Assembly: GCA_038212075.1 (NCBI GenBank)
Contig: JBBQUV010000001.1
Span: 99,200-163,199 of the forward strand
DNA from: Minisyncoccia bacterium
Lineage (GTDB): Bacteria; Patescibacteriota; Minisyncoccia; Phycocordibacterales; Phycocordibacteraceae
Length of the DNA stretch: 64,000 bases
Direction of reading: 5' to 3'
Shown here: positions 1 through 10,347 of the stretch, piece after piece
How the letters are laid out: each line of letters begins with the position of its first letter
Numbering within the stretch: position 1 is the stretch's first letter
Translations under genes and position numbers: made by a program
The notes under the pieces: model-generated
The model's input: the letters and a program-made list of their open reading frames with translations, nothing else
Databases searched by the model: none
Told to the model about the DNA's origin: nothing

Positions 1-1
1 G

Positions 2-3000
2 CCAGACATCACCATTCCCCTTGGCGTGGTGGTTACGGCTCTTCCTGGTGCGTCTGCGGCAGATGTTGAGCGCCTTGTTACCGACAAAATTGAGAGCGGC
101 GTGCTTGGTGTTGAGCATGTTTCAAAAGTTACTTCGTCTTCAGGAAACGGTATCTCGCAGGTATCAGTGGAGTTTGACGCTAGCGCAAATATTGATAAAT
201 CGATTCAGCTTTTAAAAGACGCGGTTGATAAGGTTCGTCCCGATCTTCCAGAAGAAGCGCTTGCTCCATCAGTATCAGACGTAAACTTTGCCGACCAACC
301 CATTCTGGTTGTTTCGGTTTCCGGTAATCTTGCCGACGGCGAACTTACTGCTCTTGGTGAACAAGTGAGCGATGAAATAAAACGAGTGTCGGGTGTTTCA
401 AAAGTGAGTGTTTCTGGTGTGCGCGCTCGGCAAGTACAGGTAATTGTGAGGTCTGAACGCCTTGCACAGTACGGCCTTTCTTTGCAGGACGTTACCAATG
501 CCATTCGTTCTGCTGGTATCGCCGCACCTGCGGGGGACATCACGGTAGACGGTGTGCGCTATGCAGTGCGTTTTGAATCAGGCCTTGCGACGACCGATAA
601 GGTGGCAAGCCTTGCTATGCCGGGCCCGGGTGGCACACCGGTGCATATTTCTGATGTCGCCGATGTGGTAGACGGTCTTGCTGACGCAAGCACCTATTCA
701 CGTGTTTCTGTCGGTGGAAAGCCAGCACAGCCATCACTGACTCTTACGGTGTTCAAAAGCCGTGGTGGCAACATCGTTGCAACGGGTAATGCGGTTATTA
801 AAAAGTTTGATGATTTGAAATCTGGTATTCTCGCTGGCACCGACACGGTTATTTCTTTTGACGGCGCAGAACAAGTAAATAAAAGTCTTACCGAACTCAC
901 TCGTGCTGGTATTGAAACGGTTATTTTGGTTATGCTCGTGCTGTACGTCACTCTTGGTCTTCGTGAGTCGCTTGTTGCCGCGGCTTCTATCCCACTCTCC
1001 TTTCTTATCGCCTTTCTTGGCATGTATGCCGCAGGCAACACGCTCAATAACGTATCGTTGTTCTCACTCATTCTCGCTATTGGTATTCTCGTGGATTCGG
1101 GCATTGTGGTGGTGGAAGCATTTCACACTCGTCTGTTGAAATTCGGTAATAAAGAAGAAGCGGCAGTTGCCGCTATTCGTGAATACGCGTGGCCACTGAT
1201 TGCAGGAACCTTTACCACCATTGTGGTATTTCTACCGCTCTTCTTTCTTTCGGGTATTGTCGGCAAATTCCTTGCAAGCATTCCGTTCACGGTGGTGTTC
1301 GTACTTCTTGCCAGCATCTTTGTTGCACTTGGCCTGGTTCCCCTTCTTGCGATTTTCTTTGTGCATCCGGTGCATGGCGACCTTGAATCTCGCCAAGAAA
1401 GATACAACGTGCTTGTACGCACCTGGTACCAAGGATTTCTTCGTCGCCTATTGCAAAACAAGCGTGATCAAAACCGATTTCTTATTGTTGCTATCGTACT
1501 TTTTTTCATAGCGCTCGCGCTTCCGGCAACGGGTCTTTTAAAGTCCATTTTCTTTCCGCAGGCAGATTCTGACTACATTTATGTTCAAATTGAAAAAGCC
1601 CAAGGCACAGAACTCTCTGAGACCGATCTTTCAGTGCGTGAAGTGGAAGAAGTGCTTTACCATAATCCGCACATTGCATCGTTTGTGAGTGCGACAGGTA
1701 TTGGCAGTTCGTTTGCCGGCGGCGGGCTTGGTGGCGGTCCTTCAGCCAATAGCGAAATCGGTAACATCACCGTAAATTTGCCGAAAGGCCACACACAAAC
1801 CAGCGCCGCACTCGTGAATGAATTGCGTCAAGCGCTTTCCACGATTACGTCCGCAACCATCACCGTAGGAGAACCGCAGGGCGGACCTCCTTCCTCGTCT
1901 CCAATCACCATAACCTTCTCTGGAAACGATCTTGGCGCACTCGCGGTAACCGGCGACGCGGCGACGCATACGCTGTCTGATATTCCGGGCGTGGTGAATA
2001 TAAACACAAGTACAAAAAATTCTGGAGCGGAATTTGTGGTAACGCTTGATAGCGCCAAGGCAACCGAACTCAATGTATCGCCCGTAGTGGTGGCAGACAC
2101 GCTTCGCACGGCGCTTTTCAGTGCAAAGGCAACATCTATTCGTACCGGCAAAGACGATATTGAAGTGCGCACCAAACTTGACTTGAATCCTGCGTACAAG
2201 GATCCGAGCGAAACCACGCACGTAACTATTGACGCCGTTCGCTCACTCGCTATTCCAAGCCCAACAGGTACCGTTCCTCTTTCAACTATTGCCACTATTA
2301 CCTACGAACCTGCACAAACCTCTATCGCGCACGAAGCAGGTACGCGCATCACTACGGTAACGGCAGACGTTGCACAAAATACTAATGCGATTGAAGCCAC
2401 GAATACGTTTGTAAAACAATTTACCGCAGACAAGATTGCGCCAGGCGTAGTGATGAAAATCGGCGGCGCGAGCGAAGATGTAAATAAATCATTCACTGAA
2501 CTCTTTATCGCACTTATTGCGGGCGCGGCGCTCATGCTTTCCATTCTTATTCTTGAATTTAACTCGTTCCGCCACTCTTTTTACCTGCTTTCCATCATTC
2601 CGCTCTCGCTTATCGGTGTGTTTGCCGGGCTTACGCTTGTCGGACAGCCGCTTTCGCTCACTTCCATGCTTGGTGTTATTGCGCTTGCGGGTGTCATCAT
2701 CAATCACGCGATTATTCTTATGGACTCTATCGCGCGCATTCATCGTGAACACAGCGAACTTGGACTTGAAGATGTAGTGATTGAAGCGGCATCAACACGT
2801 CTGCGCCCCATTTTGCTCACAACGGTAGTGACGGTTATCGGTATGATTCCGCTTACGTTTGCATCCGCTTTCTGGGGACCACTTGCCTTTGCAATTATGT
2901 TTGGTCTCGCCTTCTCGCTGTTCCTTACGCTCGGACTTATTCCCATTCTCTATCATCGGTGGCCAGGTAAGGCGGTACGCGAGCACTACGCACAGAGGGG

Positions 3001-3007
3001 GCAATAG
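2..3007 (+). CDS. AcrB/AcrD/AcrF-family RND efflux permease (5' end outside window)
   Basis: Frame is open from the window start (PDITIPLGVVVTALPGASA...); two periplasmic domains and two TM bundles; motifs GILVDSGIVVVE and RLRPILLTT. Confidence 0.92.
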   Translation, partial: PDITIPLGVVVTALPGASAADVERLVTDKIESGVLGVEHVSKVTSSSGNGISQVSVEFDASANIDKSIQLLKDAVDKVRPDLPEEALAPSVSDVNFADQPILVVSVSGNLADGELTALGEQVSDEIKRVSGVSKVSVSGVRARQVQVIVRSERLAQYGLSLQDVTNAIRSAGIAAPAGDITVDGVRYAVRFESGLATTDKVASLAMPGPGGTPVHISDVADVVDGLADASTYSRVSVGGKPAQPSLTLTVFKSRGGNIVATGNAVIKKFDDLKSGILAGTDTVISFDGAEQVNKSLTELTRAGIETVILVMLVLYVTLGLRESLVAAASIPLSFLIAFLGMYAAGNTLNNVSLFSLILAIGILVDSGIVVVEAFHTRLLKFGNKEEAAVAAIREYAWPLIAGTFTTIVVFLPLFFLSGIVGKFLASIPFTVVFVLLASIFVALGLVPLLAIFFVHPVHGDLESRQERYNVLVRTWYQGFLRRLLQNKRDQNRFLIVAIVLFFIALALPATGLLKSIFFPQADSDYIYVQIEKAQGTELSETDLSVREVEEVLYHNPHIASFVSATGIGSSFAGGGLGGGPSANSEIGNITVNLPKGHTQTSAALVNELRQALSTITSATITVGEPQGGPPSSSPITITFSGNDLGALAVTGDAATHTLSDIPGVVNINTSTKNSGAEFVVTLDSAKATELNVSPVVVADTLRTALFSAKATSIRTGKDDIEVRTKLDLNPAYKDPSETTHVTIDAVRSLAIPSPTGTVPLSTIATITYEPAQTSIAHEAGTRITTVTADVAQNTNAIEATNTFVKQFTADKIAPGVVMKIGGASEDVNKSFTELFIALIAGAALMLSILILEFNSFRHSFYLLSIIPLSLIGVFAGLTLVGQPLSLTSMLGVIALAGVIINHAIILMDSIARIHREHSELGLEDVVIEAASTRLRPILLTTVVTVIGMIPLTFASAFWGPLAFAIMFGLAFSLFLTLGLIPILYHRWPGKAVREHYAQRGQ

Positions 3008-3009
3008 GA

Positions 3010-4275
3010 TTATTTTCCTGTCGTAAGAAACTGTACTGCACGTGCCTTTTGTGGGTCTTTACTTGCGCGCACGTCGTCTTGGGTGCGGTTTACATTGATG
3101 TCTGGCGTAATGCCTCCCTCTGAAATGTTTACTCCGGCTGGTGTAAGCCAGCGAGCAACAGTCACTTTGAGCGATGCGGAGTCAAGATCAATCAATTGTT
3201 GCACTGAGCCCTTACCAAATGAACGTGTGCCAATAAGTGTAGCAACGCTGTTGTCATGGAGCGCGCCGGCAAGAATTTCTGAAGCTGAAGCAGATCCTTG
3301 GTCAATGAGAATCACCACCTTTGTGCCACTTGGCATATCGGCGGTACCACTGCTACGGTGTGTCACATTTTCTTGTTTTCCTTTAAAGTCCTCGGTCACC
3401 ACGGTTGTTCCTTCTGGCAAGAAATGGCTTGCAATGTTTACTGCGGCGTCAAGGTAGCCTCCCGGGTCTCCGCGCAAATCAAGTATTAATTTTTTAGAAC
3501 CTGATGCCTTAAACGCGGCAAACGCCGTATCAAACAGTTCTGCAGAGTTTCCGCTAAACTCAAAGAGTGCGATGGAATATACGCCCGTGGCTTTATCAAA
3601 CGAATTATCAATTTCTGGCACCTGTATGGTGTCACGCACTACGGGAATAGTGATCATTTTGCCATCACGGTAGATGACAAACGTTACCGTTGTGCCCTTT
3701 AGGCCGCGAATTGCCTTCACTGCTTCATCGGTTGTCATACCATCGGTTGTTTTTCCATCTATAGACAACACAATATCTCCTGACAGAATGCCGGCTTTTT
3801 CTGCCGGCGTGCCCTTCAAAGGCGCAATAACCGTAAGTAGGCCATCTTTGTTTGCTCCAATTTCCATACCGACGCCCCCAAAATTACCGGCAATGTTTTC
3901 TTGAAACACTTTTGCTTCAGCGGGCGGCATAAATACCGTATAGGGGTCTTTATAGGACTCTGTGAGTCCTTTGATAGCGCCGTATATCTTTTCCTTTATT
4001 GTGGGAAGCGTTGTTGATGCGTGTGTCTGCACAAAATTTGCATCAAGCGTATTCCATGCCTTCCAGAAGTCGGTGAGGTCGGCGTTTTGGTCGGGCGTAG
4101 GATCAAGCCCGTCACCAAGCAACGGTATAGTTGAAAGTAACGACGAGCCCGAATGCGCGCCACCAACAAAAAGTCCTGTAGAAAACGCAACGACCGCAAC
4201 GAGTGCAAGTGCGATACCGTTACGCACCGTGTGCGTGGTGCGTGATGGGGAAATGTCTGCGTCGTCGTCTTGCAT
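3010..4275 (-). CDS. ctpA: S41 C-terminal processing protease with PDZ domain
   Basis: N-terminal TM; GGVGMEIG PDZ, LDLRGDPGG, SASASEILAGAL catalytic Ser, SFGKGSVQ. Confidence 0.9.
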   Translation of the reverse strand: MQDDDADISPSRTTHTVRNGIALALVAVVAFSTGLFVGGAHSGSSLLSTIPLLGDGLDPTPDQNADLTDFWKAWNTLDANFVQTHASTTLPTIKEKIYGAIKGLTESYKDPYTVFMPPAEAKVFQENIAGNFGGVGMEIGANKDGLLTVIAPLKGTPAEKAGILSGDIVLSIDGKTTDGMTTDEAVKAIRGLKGTTVTFVIYRDGKMITIPVVRDTIQVPEIDNSFDKATGVYSIALFEFSGNSAELFDTAFAAFKASGSKKLILDLRGDPGGYLDAAVNIASHFLPEGTTVVTEDFKGKQENVTHRSSGTADMPSGTKVVILIDQGSASASEILAGALHDNSVATLIGTRSFGKGSVQQLIDLDSASLKVTVARWLTPAGVNISEGGITPDINVNRTQDDVRASKDPQKARAVQFLTTGK

Positions 4276-4333
4276 TGCGCGTTATTCTAACACACGCATA
4301 GTATGCGGGTGGTGTGCTGGTATACTTTCTTAT

Positions 4334-5251
4334 ATGCTCATTCGTCACGCACGCGGTGATATTACTTGGATAGACATCGAAGCTCCGACAGAAGCTGAGC
4401 TCGGCGGCATTCTCCACGAATTCAACATCGATCCGCGTATTGAAGACGAAATTATTTCTCCAACGCCGTACCCACTTTTCATTCCATTCACAAATTATCT
4501 GTACCTCGTGCTTCATTTCCCTACTGCGCTTCCAGACGGGGGTACTAAAAATCAAGAAATCGACTTTATTGTTGGCGAAAACTTTATTATTACCGGGAGA
4601 TACGAAGTCATTGACCCCATCCATAACCTTCACAAGGTATTTGAAGCCGAAGAACTGCTGGGACTTCCTAAAAGCGAAGTGAAAACCCACGTGCTTTTGG
4701 AGCGGATTTTCCGTCGCCTATATGGCGCACTCGGAAATGAAGCAGAAGACACTGCACGAAAACTAGAGCGCATTGAACGTGATATTTTTTCTGGAAAAGA
4801 ACGAGAAAATGTGCACGCTATTTCTGAAGTCGGCCGTACCCTGCTTCGCTTTGAAACAACACTTGCACGACACCAGGAGCCACTATCCACATTTATAGAC
4901 GAACTCACTTCTAAACGATTTTTTGGCAAAGAGTTTGCCGAACATGGGGCACACATAAAAGCTGAACGCGATCACGCCGTCACGCTCATTACGTCGTATC
5001 GTGCCGTTGCTACTGAATTGCGCGATACCAACGACTCACTGCTTTCAACCTCTCAAAACGAAGTAATGAAAACACTCACGGTGGTTACGTTCATTATTTT
5101 TCCACTTTCGCTCATCGCTTCCTTGTTCCAAATGAACACTCCAGGAACACCCCTTTCGAACAATCCGAACGCTTTTTGGATTGTGCTCGCATTCATGCTC
5201 ATTGTTTCTAGCCTGCTTGGGCTGTTCGTCATTAGACGCAAGTGGCTGTAA
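4334..5251 (+). CDS. CorA-family divalent cation transporter
   Basis: WIDIEAPT N-terminus, NEVMKTLTVVT..PLSLIASLFQMN, two C-terminal TMs; start chosen at ATG 4334 after TATACT. Confidence 0.85.
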   Translation: MLIRHARGDITWIDIEAPTEAELGGILHEFNIDPRIEDEIISPTPYPLFIPFTNYLYLVLHFPTALPDGGTKNQEIDFIVGENFIITGRYEVIDPIHNLHKVFEAEELLGLPKSEVKTHVLLERIFRRLYGALGNEAEDTARKLERIERDIFSGKERENVHAISEVGRTLLRFETTLARHQEPLSTFIDELTSKRFFGKEFAEHGAHIKAERDHAVTLITSYRAVATELRDTNDSLLSTSQNEVMKTLTVVTFIIFPLSLIASLFQMNTPGTPLSNNPNAFWIVLAFMLIVSSLLGLFVIRRKWL

Positions 5252-5260
5252 CATAGGGCT

Positions 5261-6715
5261 ATGTCTTGGTTTAGTGGTCTCTGGAAATCATCCACCACCC
5301 TTACCCCATCCTCTGCGGGCGTTTTTTTCGTTAACACATTATCCGGAAAAAAAGAGATATTTGTCCCCGCAAAGCCTCCACTCGTCACCATGTACTCGTG
5401 CGGACCAACGGTATATAGCAAACAGCACATTGGAAACCTGAAGGCACCGCTGTTCGCTGACCTTGTTGCGCGTGCGCTTCTTGAAGCCGGATACCATGTT
5501 CGTCGCGTCATCAACATCACCGATGTCGGCCATTTAGTCGGTGACGGAGACCACGGTGAAGATAAAATGGTAAAAGGTGCTCGCGAAGAACAATCTTCAC
5601 CGAAAGAAATTGCAGAGCGGTATACCAGCATTTTTCTTGATGACTTACGCGCCCTCAACATAGATACGAACACCATTCTTTTTCCACACGCAACGGAATA
5701 TATCCCAGAGCAGATTGCGATGATACAAACACTGTACGACCGCGGATCTGCGTATCGTGCAGAAGACGGTGTGTATTTTGATACCAGCACATTTTCCAAT
5801 TATGGAAAACTCGGTGGCGTGAACGAAGCAAAACTTCTTCCTGGTGCACGGGTAGAAAAAATTACTACTAAAAGAAATGCACATGACTTTGTGCTGTGGC
5901 GTGACGCAAAGCCTGCAGACCTTCAGCAATGGGATTCTCCGTGGGGTCGTGGAAATCCGGGCTGGCATATTGAATGTTCCGCAATGATTCGTGCGCTTCT
6001 TGGTATAGAGATCGACATTCACACCGGTGGCATAGACCACATTCCTACGCATCACAACAACGAAATAGCACAATCTGAGTGCGCAAATGGTCGTCCGCTT
6101 GCGCGGTATTGGATGCATGAAGCATTTGTAAACGTTGCGGATGAAAAAATTTCTAAATCGCTCAAAAATGACGTGTATCTTTCAGATATTGAAGCACGCG
6201 GCATAGATCCGCTCGCGCTCCGTTATTTCTTTTTGCAAGCGCACTATGCCCGCCCAGTGTCGTTTACCTGGAATGCGCTTGAGGCAAGCGCGGAAGCGTA
6301 CGAACGGTTACAGCGGTTGGCAACAGAAGTACAAAAAGAATCTGCACGGAAGACTAAAAATTCCGACGCTCGCGACCGTTTTATCGCGCTTGTGCGTGAC
6401 GATCTTTCCACTCCACAAGCACTCGCCTTTTTGTGGGAAACTCTAAAGGGTGACGAATACTCGCCTGAAGAAAAATGGGGTTTGCTGGTATCGGCAGACG
6501 CTCTCCTCGGGCTCCCCCTTACCGCCCTTCCTCTGGTGGACAAAGAGCCGAGCGCATACCCCGAAGACGTCCAAAAGCTCGTCTACGAGCGAGATTTAGC
6601 CCGTGGAGCGAAGGATTTTGCCCAGGCCGATGCACTACGTTATCAACTCCAAAACAGGGGATATCGTGTGGAAGACTCGCCTTCTGGCACCCTATTGACC
6701 AAAGAGGTACGGTGA
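5261..6715 (+). CDS. cysS: Cysteine--tRNA ligase
   Basis: MYSCGPTVY, HIGN, PGWHIECSAM, HHNNEIAQS, KISKS. Confidence 0.97.
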   Translation: MSWFSGLWKSSTTLTPSSAGVFFVNTLSGKKEIFVPAKPPLVTMYSCGPTVYSKQHIGNLKAPLFADLVARALLEAGYHVRRVINITDVGHLVGDGDHGEDKMVKGAREEQSSPKEIAERYTSIFLDDLRALNIDTNTILFPHATEYIPEQIAMIQTLYDRGSAYRAEDGVYFDTSTFSNYGKLGGVNEAKLLPGARVEKITTKRNAHDFVLWRDAKPADLQQWDSPWGRGNPGWHIECSAMIRALLGIEIDIHTGGIDHIPTHHNNEIAQSECANGRPLARYWMHEAFVNVADEKISKSLKNDVYLSDIEARGIDPLALRYFFLQAHYARPVSFTWNALEASAEAYERLQRLATEVQKESARKTKNSDARDRFIALVRDDLSTPQALAFLWETLKGDEYSPEEKWGLLVSADALLGLPLTALPLVDKEPSAYPEDVQKLVYERDLARGAKDFAQADALRYQLQNRGYRVEDSPSGTLLTKEVR

Positions 6716-6729
6716 TACGATAAGGGTTC

Positions 6730-8094
6730 ATGCAAGACCCTACTCAGCGCATTCCTCCACAAAGCCTTGAATCCGAGCGCGCGCTTCTTGGTTCGCTTTT
6801 ACTTAAGCCGGACGCCATTCACGACGTCGCCGATCTTATTCGCGCCGACTCTTTTTATGCAGAACGTCATCGCATTATTTTTGATGCGATGCTTGAACTC
6901 AGTACGCGCGGCGAACCTATCGACCTTCTTTCTCTTGGCGAAAAACTCACCAGCAAAGGTCTTCTTGAGCGCGCGGGTACGAAAAGTTATTTAGCGGAAC
7001 TCATTACCGCCTCCCCTGCTCCCGGAAACTTTTCGCATTACGCAGAACTTGTTTCGCGTAAATACTTGATGCGTTCGCTTATTGACGCGTCGTATCGCAT
7101 TACCGAGTCAGCATATGATGAAGCAAAAGATACGCACGAAGTGCTTGATGACGCGGAGAAAGAAATTTACGCTATCGGAAACGCATCTGCGGCGCATAAA
7201 TTTATTCCTATTTCAGACAAAGTAGAAGGCGCGTGGGAACGCATTGAATCCATGTCAAAACAGGACGGAAGTATTCGTGGAATCCATACCGGTTTTCCCG
7301 AACTCGATAGCCTGCTCTCCGGACTCCATCGTTCGGATTTAATCATTCTCGCCGCTCGTCCGTCGGTTGGTAAAACATCACTCGCACTCGACATTGCGCG
7401 CAATGCCGCTGTGCGTCACAACGTGCCAGTGGGTATTTTCTCGCTTGAAATGAGTTCAGAGCAAATCGTTGACCGTATGCTTGCCGCAGAGTCGTTTGTG
7501 AATTCGTGGAAAATCCGCACCGGTGCCGTACACGCAGAAGAAGATTTTACGAAAATCCGTGACGCGCTTGAAAACCTTTCCAAGGCACCCATATACATTG
7601 ACGATAAGCCGGGTAACAACATTCTTGCTATGCGCGCCGTAGCGCGCCGTTTGAAGCGTGAAAAAGGCATCGGACTTATTATCGTGGACTACCTTCAGCT
7701 TATGGCGCCTACGAATACGCGCAATTCCGATTCTATGGTGCAACAAGTCACCGAAATTTCTCGTTCCCTAAAAAGCCTTGCGCGCGAGCTAGACGTTCCG
7801 GTGCTCGCGCTTTCTCAGCTTTCTCGTGCTGTTGAACAACGTGGGGGCAAGCCGCGCCTTTCCGACCTTCGAGACTCCGGTTCTATTGAACAAGACGCTG
7901 ACGTGGTGATGTTCATTCACCGCGATGACAAGACAAACAAAGACAGTGAACGGCCGAACATTGCAGAAATTCTTATTGAAAAACACCGTAATGGTCCTAC
8001 AGGAAAGGTTGATCTCTTCTTTGACGATAAGCGCACCAGTTTTATGCCGGTTGATAAATCAGGGTACGGAGAGTTAGGCTCGGATTTTTCTTAG
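6730..8094 (+). CDS. dnaB: Replicative DNA helicase
   Basis: AARPSVGKT Walker A, IVDYLQL, LSQLSR, DLRDSGSIEQDAD, KHRNGPTG. Confidence 0.98.
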   Translation: MQDPTQRIPPQSLESERALLGSLLLKPDAIHDVADLIRADSFYAERHRIIFDAMLELSTRGEPIDLLSLGEKLTSKGLLERAGTKSYLAELITASPAPGNFSHYAELVSRKYLMRSLIDASYRITESAYDEAKDTHEVLDDAEKEIYAIGNASAAHKFIPISDKVEGAWERIESMSKQDGSIRGIHTGFPELDSLLSGLHRSDLIILAARPSVGKTSLALDIARNAAVRHNVPVGIFSLEMSSEQIVDRMLAAESFVNSWKIRTGAVHAEEDFTKIRDALENLSKAPIYIDDKPGNNILAMRAVARRLKREKGIGLIIVDYLQLMAPTNTRNSDSMVQQVTEISRSLKSLARELDVPVLALSQLSRAVEQRGGKPRLSDLRDSGSIEQDADVVMFIHRDDKTNKDSERPNIAEILIEKHRNGPTGKVDLFFDDKRTSFMPVDKSGYGELGSDFS

Positions 8095-8097
8095 CAT

Positions 8098-8700
8098 ATG
8101 TCTGATCAAATTGAGGAACTTTCTGCCGCACTGGCTCGCTTCCCTGGCATTGGTCCGCGTCAAGCAAAACGCTTTGTATACTATCTCCTTACCGTTTCTT
8201 CTTCGGAACGCACAAAACTTTCTACACTCATTGCAAATCTTGCGGCAAGCGTGCACCAATGCACCTTGTGTTTCCGATACGCCGAAGTACGTGATGGGCT
8301 GTGTGCGTACTGTGCCGACGCTTCACGAGACGACACTTTGCTGATGCTGGTAGAAAAAGACCAAGACTTGCTTGCGGTTGAGCGCGCCGGAACCTATCGC
8401 GGCCGATATTTTGTGCTAGGTGGCGTGCTCACGCTTTCTGGAAAGGGTGTTATTCGTGACAGAGAACTCGCAAAAGCTATAGAAAAGCATCTGCAAAAAG
8501 GATTGAAAGAAATCGTGTTTGCGCTTTCAGCCACCAGCGAAGGTGAACATACCGCAGATCATTTGCGCGATGTACTTGCTCCCTTCCGCAATGTCGTGCG
8601 TTTTACCGTACTTGGACGTGGACTCTCTACCGGTTCGGAACTGGAATATTCAGATGCAACAACCCTTTCAAGCGCACTCCAGAACCGAAAAGAAACATAA
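8098..8700 (+). CDS. recR: Recombination mediator RecR
   Basis: FPGIGPRQAKR HhH, C4 zinc finger, Toprim region, GSELEYSD. Confidence 0.95.
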   Translation: MSDQIEELSAALARFPGIGPRQAKRFVYYLLTVSSSERTKLSTLIANLAASVHQCTLCFRYAEVRDGLCAYCADASRDDTLLMLVEKDQDLLAVERAGTYRGRYFVLGGVLTLSGKGVIRDRELAKAIEKHLQKGLKEIVFALSATSEGEHTADHLRDVLAPFRNVVRFTVLGRGLSTGSELEYSDATTLSSALQNRKET

Positions 8701-8754
8701 AGAAAATGTCGCCGCAGGTGCGACGACATGTTTCCACTTGGCGACCACGTCTCC

Positions 8755-9369
8755 TTACGGGTCGCGAACGAGAAGATTTTGAGCGGTATCGAGAAAGCCT
8801 GAGTCGCGTAAGGCGTGCAGACCACGCAGGTCTGCACGTACAAATACGAGAATCTGCCTATCCTGAGGAAGCGTTATGGCTGGGAACATGCCCCAACAGA
8901 GAACGTATTCCTGAATCAGCGGTACTCCCGTAAGTAGTACGTGTGTTGCTGTACCCGCATACAGATTGGCAGGCACAGCACCACGCCTTGCGACAAGGAC
9001 GCCGAGGAGATCCCAAGGTTTCCCCGGACGTTCTCTGCGCAGGAGCGTCGGTTTTCCTTGCTCCTTTTCAAAGGCGTGCCGTTCCCTGCTTAGGGTTCGC
9101 ATGTAGAGCAATGTCGGAATTTCATCGATCGTGGCTTCTGCCGCCTGTGCGGCATACACCGGATCGAAGTACCGAGTGCCACCGACACCTTCACGTTCGA
9201 TGTACGCTTCAAGACCGCCTTCGACGACGGACTTGGCATACTCAAGCGTGTAGATGGGGGCGGTAGGTCGAAGCAGAAGCGGCATGGCAAGATGGCCATA
9301 CGTCACCGGTCCCACATGCTGGCCAATCAAACGCGTTAACTCCAATGGCAATGACTGGTCTTCTGCCAT
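8755..9369 (-). CDS. Hypothetical protein (accessory)
   Basis: 204-aa ORF with GGAGG SD upstream of ATG 9369; no recognisable motif. Confidence 0.6.
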   Translation of the reverse strand: MAEDQSLPLELTRLIGQHVGPVTYGHLAMPLLLRPTAPIYTLEYAKSVVEGGLEAYIEREGVGGTRYFDPVYAAQAAEATIDEIPTLLYMRTLSRERHAFEKEQGKPTLLRRERPGKPWDLLGVLVARRGAVPANLYAGTATHVLLTGVPLIQEYVLCWGMFPAITLPQDRQILVFVRADLRGLHALRDSGFLDTAQNLLVRDP

Positions 9370-9437
9370 CTTTCCCTCCAAAAAAGAACACCGAGCCAAG
9401 CCTCAGGTTCTAGTGGAAGAGACTACTCCTACTTATG

Positions 9438-9467
9438 AAAAAACAAAAGCCCCTTTGGAGGGGCTTG
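9438..9467 (-). terminator. Intrinsic terminator after rplU
   Basis: AAGCCCCT-ccaa-AGGGGCTT hairpin followed by a U-tract on the minus strand. Confidence 0.8.
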
Positions 9468-9473
9468 TGGGGA

Positions 9474-9791
9474 CTACGCAACGGTATCGATTTTTACTTT
9501 CAAATAGTGCTGGCGGTGGCCACGGCGTTTGTGGTAGCGGCTTTTTGCCTTGTACTTCATCACGTCAATCTTCTTTGCGCGAGCAACAGCAGCAACGGTA
9601 CCGGTGACCTTAGCCCCTTTTACGGTTGGGGTGCCAAGAGTGGCATCAGACCCATTATCTACCATAAGAACCTCGTCAAAGGTGAGTTTTTCGCCTACAG
9701 CAGACTCTCCTTCAAATTTCTCAATGAAGATAGTGTCGCCCTTAGCGACGACATATTGCTTCCCGCCCGTCTTGATTACTGCCAATTCCAT
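9474..9791 (-). CDS. rplU: 50S ribosomal protein L21
   Basis: AVIKTGGKQY..., RGHRQHY. Confidence 0.97.
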   Translation of the reverse strand: MELAVIKTGGKQYVVAKGDTIFIEKFEGESAVGEKLTFDEVLMVDNGSDATLGTPTVKGAKVTGTVAAVARAKKIDVMKYKAKSRYHKRRGHRQHYLKVKIDTVA

Positions 9792-9845
9792 AGTGTCAAA
9801 AATGTATCATTTAGGGGGCTAAATGACAAGGCCGCAGGGTTTCCC

Positions 9846-10265
9846 CTACGGTCTTTGTCGCACATAGCCCGCCACCTCCTTTTGGGCGGGCGAAAGCAGT
9901 ATCCCCAGCAGGGGGATGCCAATGAACAGGAATATTCTGAAGAGTACTCCCAACCCGTCCACGCTGAAGTCGATGCTGAAGCCTCCAAAAAGGATAGCCA
10001 TCGAAACGAACGTGCCGAGCGCCAAAGAGCCCCAGAAGCGCGTACGTCCTTGCGGCCGCAGTAGTTGGATGCATGTGCCGGTGAACAGCACTGCGTACAT
10101 AACCGGCAGTACGTTGATGGCAATGCGGAGCCACCACACTTCTGTAACGGCGGGAATGTAGTCGATTGGTGCCGGCGTTACGATTCGAAGCAGAACGAAT
10201 CCGTAGAGCACCACAAGCCCTACAACGCCGGCTGGTTCACGTATTACTTGAAGCTTGTTTTGCAT
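9846..10265 (-). CDS. Hypothetical multi-TM membrane protein (accessory)
   Basis: About four hydrophobic segments; GGGAG SD; upstream TTGACG-N18-TAGATT. Confidence 0.6.
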   Translation of the reverse strand: MQNKLQVIREPAGVVGLVVLYGFVLLRIVTPAPIDYIPAVTEVWWLRIAINVLPVMYAVLFTGTCIQLLRPQGRTRFWGSLALGTFVSMAILFGGFSIDFSVDGLGVLFRIFLFIGIPLLGILLSPAQKEVAGYVRQRP

Positions 10266-10347
10266 AACGATCTCCCGATCGGTTAGCGTGGGTGTGGCCA
10301 CCCGAGGGTTAGTCCATGGCCAATCTAGCCCCAAAGAGCTAGACTCG

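Noticed and set aside
3962-4333. N-terminal extension of the CorA ORF
   Set aside because: Overlaps ctpA in antisense; ATG 4334 with its -10 box fits better
9435-10064. 209-aa plus-strand ORF and similar long antisense ORFs (5053-5799, 21992-22684, 50954-51637, 59553-60206)
   Set aside because: Shadow frames of well-supported genes on the opposite strand
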